Source: Mobula hypostoma
Taxonomy: Eukaryota
Length of the DNA stretch: 64,000 nt
Direction: 5' to 3'
NCBI RefSeq assembly: GCF_963921235.1
Contig: NC_086097.1
Span: 147,872,001 to 147,936,000 of the forward strand
The notes under the pieces are model-generated. The model saw only the letters and a list, made by a program, of their open reading frames with translations. It was not told where the DNA came from and did not search any database. The translations under genes were made by a program, and so were the position numbers. Positions 60,396-64,000 of this stretch are shown here, in pieces (positions within the stretch are counted from its first letter, which is position 1; each line of letters opens with the position of its first letter).

Positions 60396-61282
60396 TTTAC
60401 TCGTGCTGATTTTTCAGAATTCTTTCGGCAAAGCAAAATGCATTTTTGTAAAACTAGAGATATTAGTTACAAGGTTGATTTTTCTTCCTTGTTGTTCTTG
60501 AAGAATTGGTGACGCAGAATGTTGAAGCATCATTGAATACCAACCCTTAAGCATGACATAGATTGGGATTATGCCCCTGAACAAGCATCAATATAAAACC
60601 ACATCTCAAAAGAGCCATTAGAACTTGCATTGCCTCAAGCTGAACAAGACCCACAGGGGAGTACTATTCATTTGAAATTCATCCCTTTTTCCTTTCTGTC
60701 ATTAACTAATTAATGTTACATTTAGTTTTTAACCCACTTGCTTAACATATGTGATGTTATGCTGACTTACATTCATAGTTTCTATGTCACATTGTTGCTC
60801 ATGAATCACTAGCTTAGTTCACTGAAGAGATTTTAATCATTTCTCATGGGTTCCTGTATAGTATCCTCTATCACTCTGCTTATTCAGTATCCTGAGGGAT
60901 ATATAGGAGCTGAAAGTAAAACTCTGGCTTCTTCTCTCAGAAAATAGAATACATTTGGGAAAGCAGTTTATAATAATCAAAATTGTGCACAGGCCATTGA
61001 ATAAAATGGCCTTTCCCTGCTCTGACCCTTCAGTTTTGTGAAAAATATAGAAATTATTTTACCCTCAATATCATTTGAAAGTGTATGAAATATATTTTAA
61101 ATATTTTTTGTAGTGGTGACATTCTATTTTTGTTTCCTTACTGTTAGCTACTTCAATAAGTCAGTATCGAGATTATCATGGAAAGCTTGAACTAAACACT
61201 ATTGATAACAATTATTGTGACTGTAATTAGTCTAGATGCTCATTTGGAATGACCTATTAAAAGCAGATAGTAATGTTGTTTT

Positions 61283-61720
61283 ACATAGACTCGTAGACCA
61301 ATACGTAACAGGTACAGGTCCTTTGACCCAACAGATCCATGCCAACCACCATGCCCATCCAGCTACTTCTAATTTCCCTTGTTTAGCCCATATCCCTCTC
61401 AGCCTGCTCCTCTATGTACCTATCAAAATGCTTCTTAAAGCTGCACCTGTCTCAACCACCTTTTCTAGCAACTCTTTCCATATAGTCATCACCTTCTGCA
61501 TGAAAAAATTGCCCCTCTGTCATTTTTAAATCTTTTCCCTCTCGACCTAAATCTATGGCTCCCACCTTTGGACTCCCCTACCCTGGGAAAAAGCTCTATT
61601 GATACCATTCCTAATTTTAAGCACTTCTATTAGGTTGCCATCATTTTCCTATATTCCAAGAAATAGACCTAGCCTAGCCAGCCTCTCTCTGTATCTCACA
61701 TCCTCTAGTCCTGGTAACTG
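61283..61720 (-). mobile_element. CR1 LINE 3' end
   Basis: catagactcgtagac tail and CR1 3' UTR/C-terminal remnants. Confidence 0.65.
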
Positions 61721-61799
61721 CACTTGTTACCTATTCTGAGGCTGCCACAGATGTTGGGCTAGAGCTTGATGCCAGTGTTAAACTGCCCCATTCTTTTAT

Positions 61800-62325
61800 G
61801 AAGTGATAAATTGTTTACTATTGTCACATATACATGCCATCCAAACAGATTATTCCATTACAAAGTGCATTGAGTGTTACCGTTATAGAGAAAGTGCAAT
61901 GAAAGAAAGTACAAGGCCGTAACAAGGTAGAATCTGAGGTTAAAGTCCATCTTATCATACTAGGGGAACGTTAAATAGATTTATAGTAGCTAGATAGAAG
62001 CTGTTCCTGAGCCTGGTGGTATGTGCTTTTAGGCATTTGTATCTCCTCTCTAATGGAAGAAGAGAGAATGTGTTAGATGGGTTGGAATCTTTGAATATGT
62101 TAGCTGCTTTACTGAGGTAGCAAGAAGTATAGATAGGGTCTAGGAATGGAAGGCTCATTTCCATGATGGTTGAGACTTGTTCACAGCTCTGCAGTTTCTT
62201 GCAGTCTCTGGCAGATGCATATCAAGCCAAGATGCACCTGGATAAAATACTTTTAATGATGCATTAATTTGAAAAAAAATAGTGTGGGCCAAAGGGACAT
62301 GCCAAAGTTCTTCAGCTTCCTTAAC
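61800..62325 (-). mobile_element. Rex1/Babar LINE 3' end
   Basis: FSLLPLERRYKCLKAHTTRLRNSFY (ORF 61955-62164). Confidence 0.75.
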
Positions 62326-63449
62326 TGACATTTTGCAAGTAATTTTTGCAAAATTACATAGTCATAATGGTAGCGCATTTCATCTGGCAGAACCCCTTTG
62401 ACTATCCGTATATGTGCTGTTCCAAGGGCCCCTGAGCACAAAAAGCCATACACACAAAATCTACCTCTTTTGTTTGTATTGTGGGATAACACTGTGAATA
62501 TACTGACTGCCTGATTATTAAGTAACAAAGCAGACATGTTCTGAACGATGTATTAAGTAGCAGGGATATATCTTTAACAATGTGTTCATACAGGAGATGG
62601 CCACTTAGCATCTTCCCTATTCTTAACATGACAGGTTCAATGAAGGCCAGGAAACATGAACATCCATCTGTTCACGTGTATAATTACAATAATGTGGAAT
62701 CAGAATGCCCTATACCCAATGACTGGTTCCAATGGTCTTTGAGTATCGGTGGAAGTTAAATTATAAAGAGTTTTGTTTGAAGACAATTCCATTTTAATTG
62801 GTGCCTGCCATCCACATAATTAAATAACTCCAGAACAACCTCTTGGAACACTAGTTTAAGACTCTCCACAGTATCACCAGAGTACGAGGCAAAGTCAACT
62901 GATTATTTCTTTCATGAGAAATTAAGTACTGCATGTTCAGAACTTACACAGAGATGTTGTTCTGGTGTGCTAGTTGTTACTACTACAAAATCTGCCACCT
63001 CTCTACCAGAATGGTGACTGATATCATATGGGTCACTTGAATATGCTCTCGTTACACCTTGATGGTATCTAGGTATCAACTTTTATTTTTCCCTAAAAAG
63101 TGAAGCTTCACTGCAGCAGAACACACCATTATGAAATACTTAAAATTCATGCCATGACTATCTTGTAGTTCTGGCAATGATTGTGTTTGGTCTTTTCTAT
63201 GAAGAATTCCTTGGCTTGTTATGCACTCGCAATACATCATGGCCACCTCAAAGTGAGGACTCCAACAAAAGGTGGTGAAACATGAGGGGATGGGGGGGGG
63301 GGTTGCTGAGGTGAAACATTGGTTCCATGTTGCATTTTCAGTCGGAGTCCCGTTGTTGAAAGCAATAGGGTTGATATTGAGAGAGTGTTGGTGAGAAATG
63401 ACTGTTTGTGTATGAAAATGTCACACTGCATTGATCAGATTCATTTGAC

Positions 63450-64000
63450 ATGACAGAAATAAAATGCATTGGTTCACCTGCTGAGACTTCATCTTTTGTA
63501 CTCTATTATGTATCTTTAAATGGAGTTTCATGGGGAATTCTTCATTAATGAACTATGATGGATCTTCTTTGGCTTGAAATGTTAACTCACTAGATTAGTG
63601 CTATAGATCTCCGAAATTGTTGTGGAGCATTAACAGCAACAGCTCAACATTTCCTGAACTATATCATTACTACCAACCATGGGAATCAACCTCAGTTCAG
63701 TGAGAAGTGTAGAGGAAGCAAGCAAAGACCAGCACCATGTATCTTTAAAAGTGATGAGGACCCAATCTAGTGAAGACTTAATCCTTGGCTGCACATGTGC
63801 TAAATGATGTGCAAGTGAAAGCGCTAAGTGATCTCACAACCAATGGATCAGATTGGAACTTTGCAGGCTTGCACACCTGGGTGTGAATGGTAGTGGCAGT
63901 GAAACAGCTAACAGGAGTAGGAGGTCCTAAGGACATTCCTACTGTAGTTGAACTCAGCATTGTGAGTGGTTAAAAAAGGCAGGATCATTCACAACCATGT
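63450..64000 (+). mobile_element. Ancient CR1/L2-group LINE ORF2 linker fragment
   Basis: Remnant SHNQWIRLELC...EW*WQ..QLTGVGGP..IP pattern typical of elasmobranch LINE EN-RT linkers. Heavily decayed. Confidence 0.45.

Noticed and set aside
58389..64000. Next ZC3H3 exon
   Set aside because: No phase-1 acceptor with a ZC3H3-like peptide was recognised. It probably lies beyond the window, though a very short exon could be missed by eye.

Overview
Eukaryotic (vertebrate) genomic DNA, almost entirely intronic and dense in transposable elements. The repeat content (CR1, Rex1/Babar, Penelope-like, tRNA SINEs, HERO, RTE) points to a cartilaginous fish, probably a ray; this is inference. The only host coding sequence I can support is two consecutive + strand exons of ZC3H3 (7373-7529 and 58204-58388), joined in phase across a ~50.7 kb GT-AG intron. 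The rest is decayed or nested elements: CR1 and Rex/Babar LINEs, a HERO (restriction-like endonuclease) LINE, an RTE relic, two Charlie/Buster-type hATs, a Tc1, a Mag-type Gypsy, two solo LTRs, a Helitron and several SINEs. The most interesting signal is a Penelope-like element with inverted pseudo-LTRs, each carrying a minimal type I hammerhead ribozyme motif. A family of short, non-coding, fold-back derivatives of the same unit, with their own 10-14 bp target-site duplications (TSDs), is scattered through the window. Also notable are an internally deleted CR1 with 91-bp promoter-like monomers and a consensus splice donor in sense to ZC3H3, and several locally templated short insertions. TE boundaries without TSDs are approximate, and family names come from motif recognition, not database searches.
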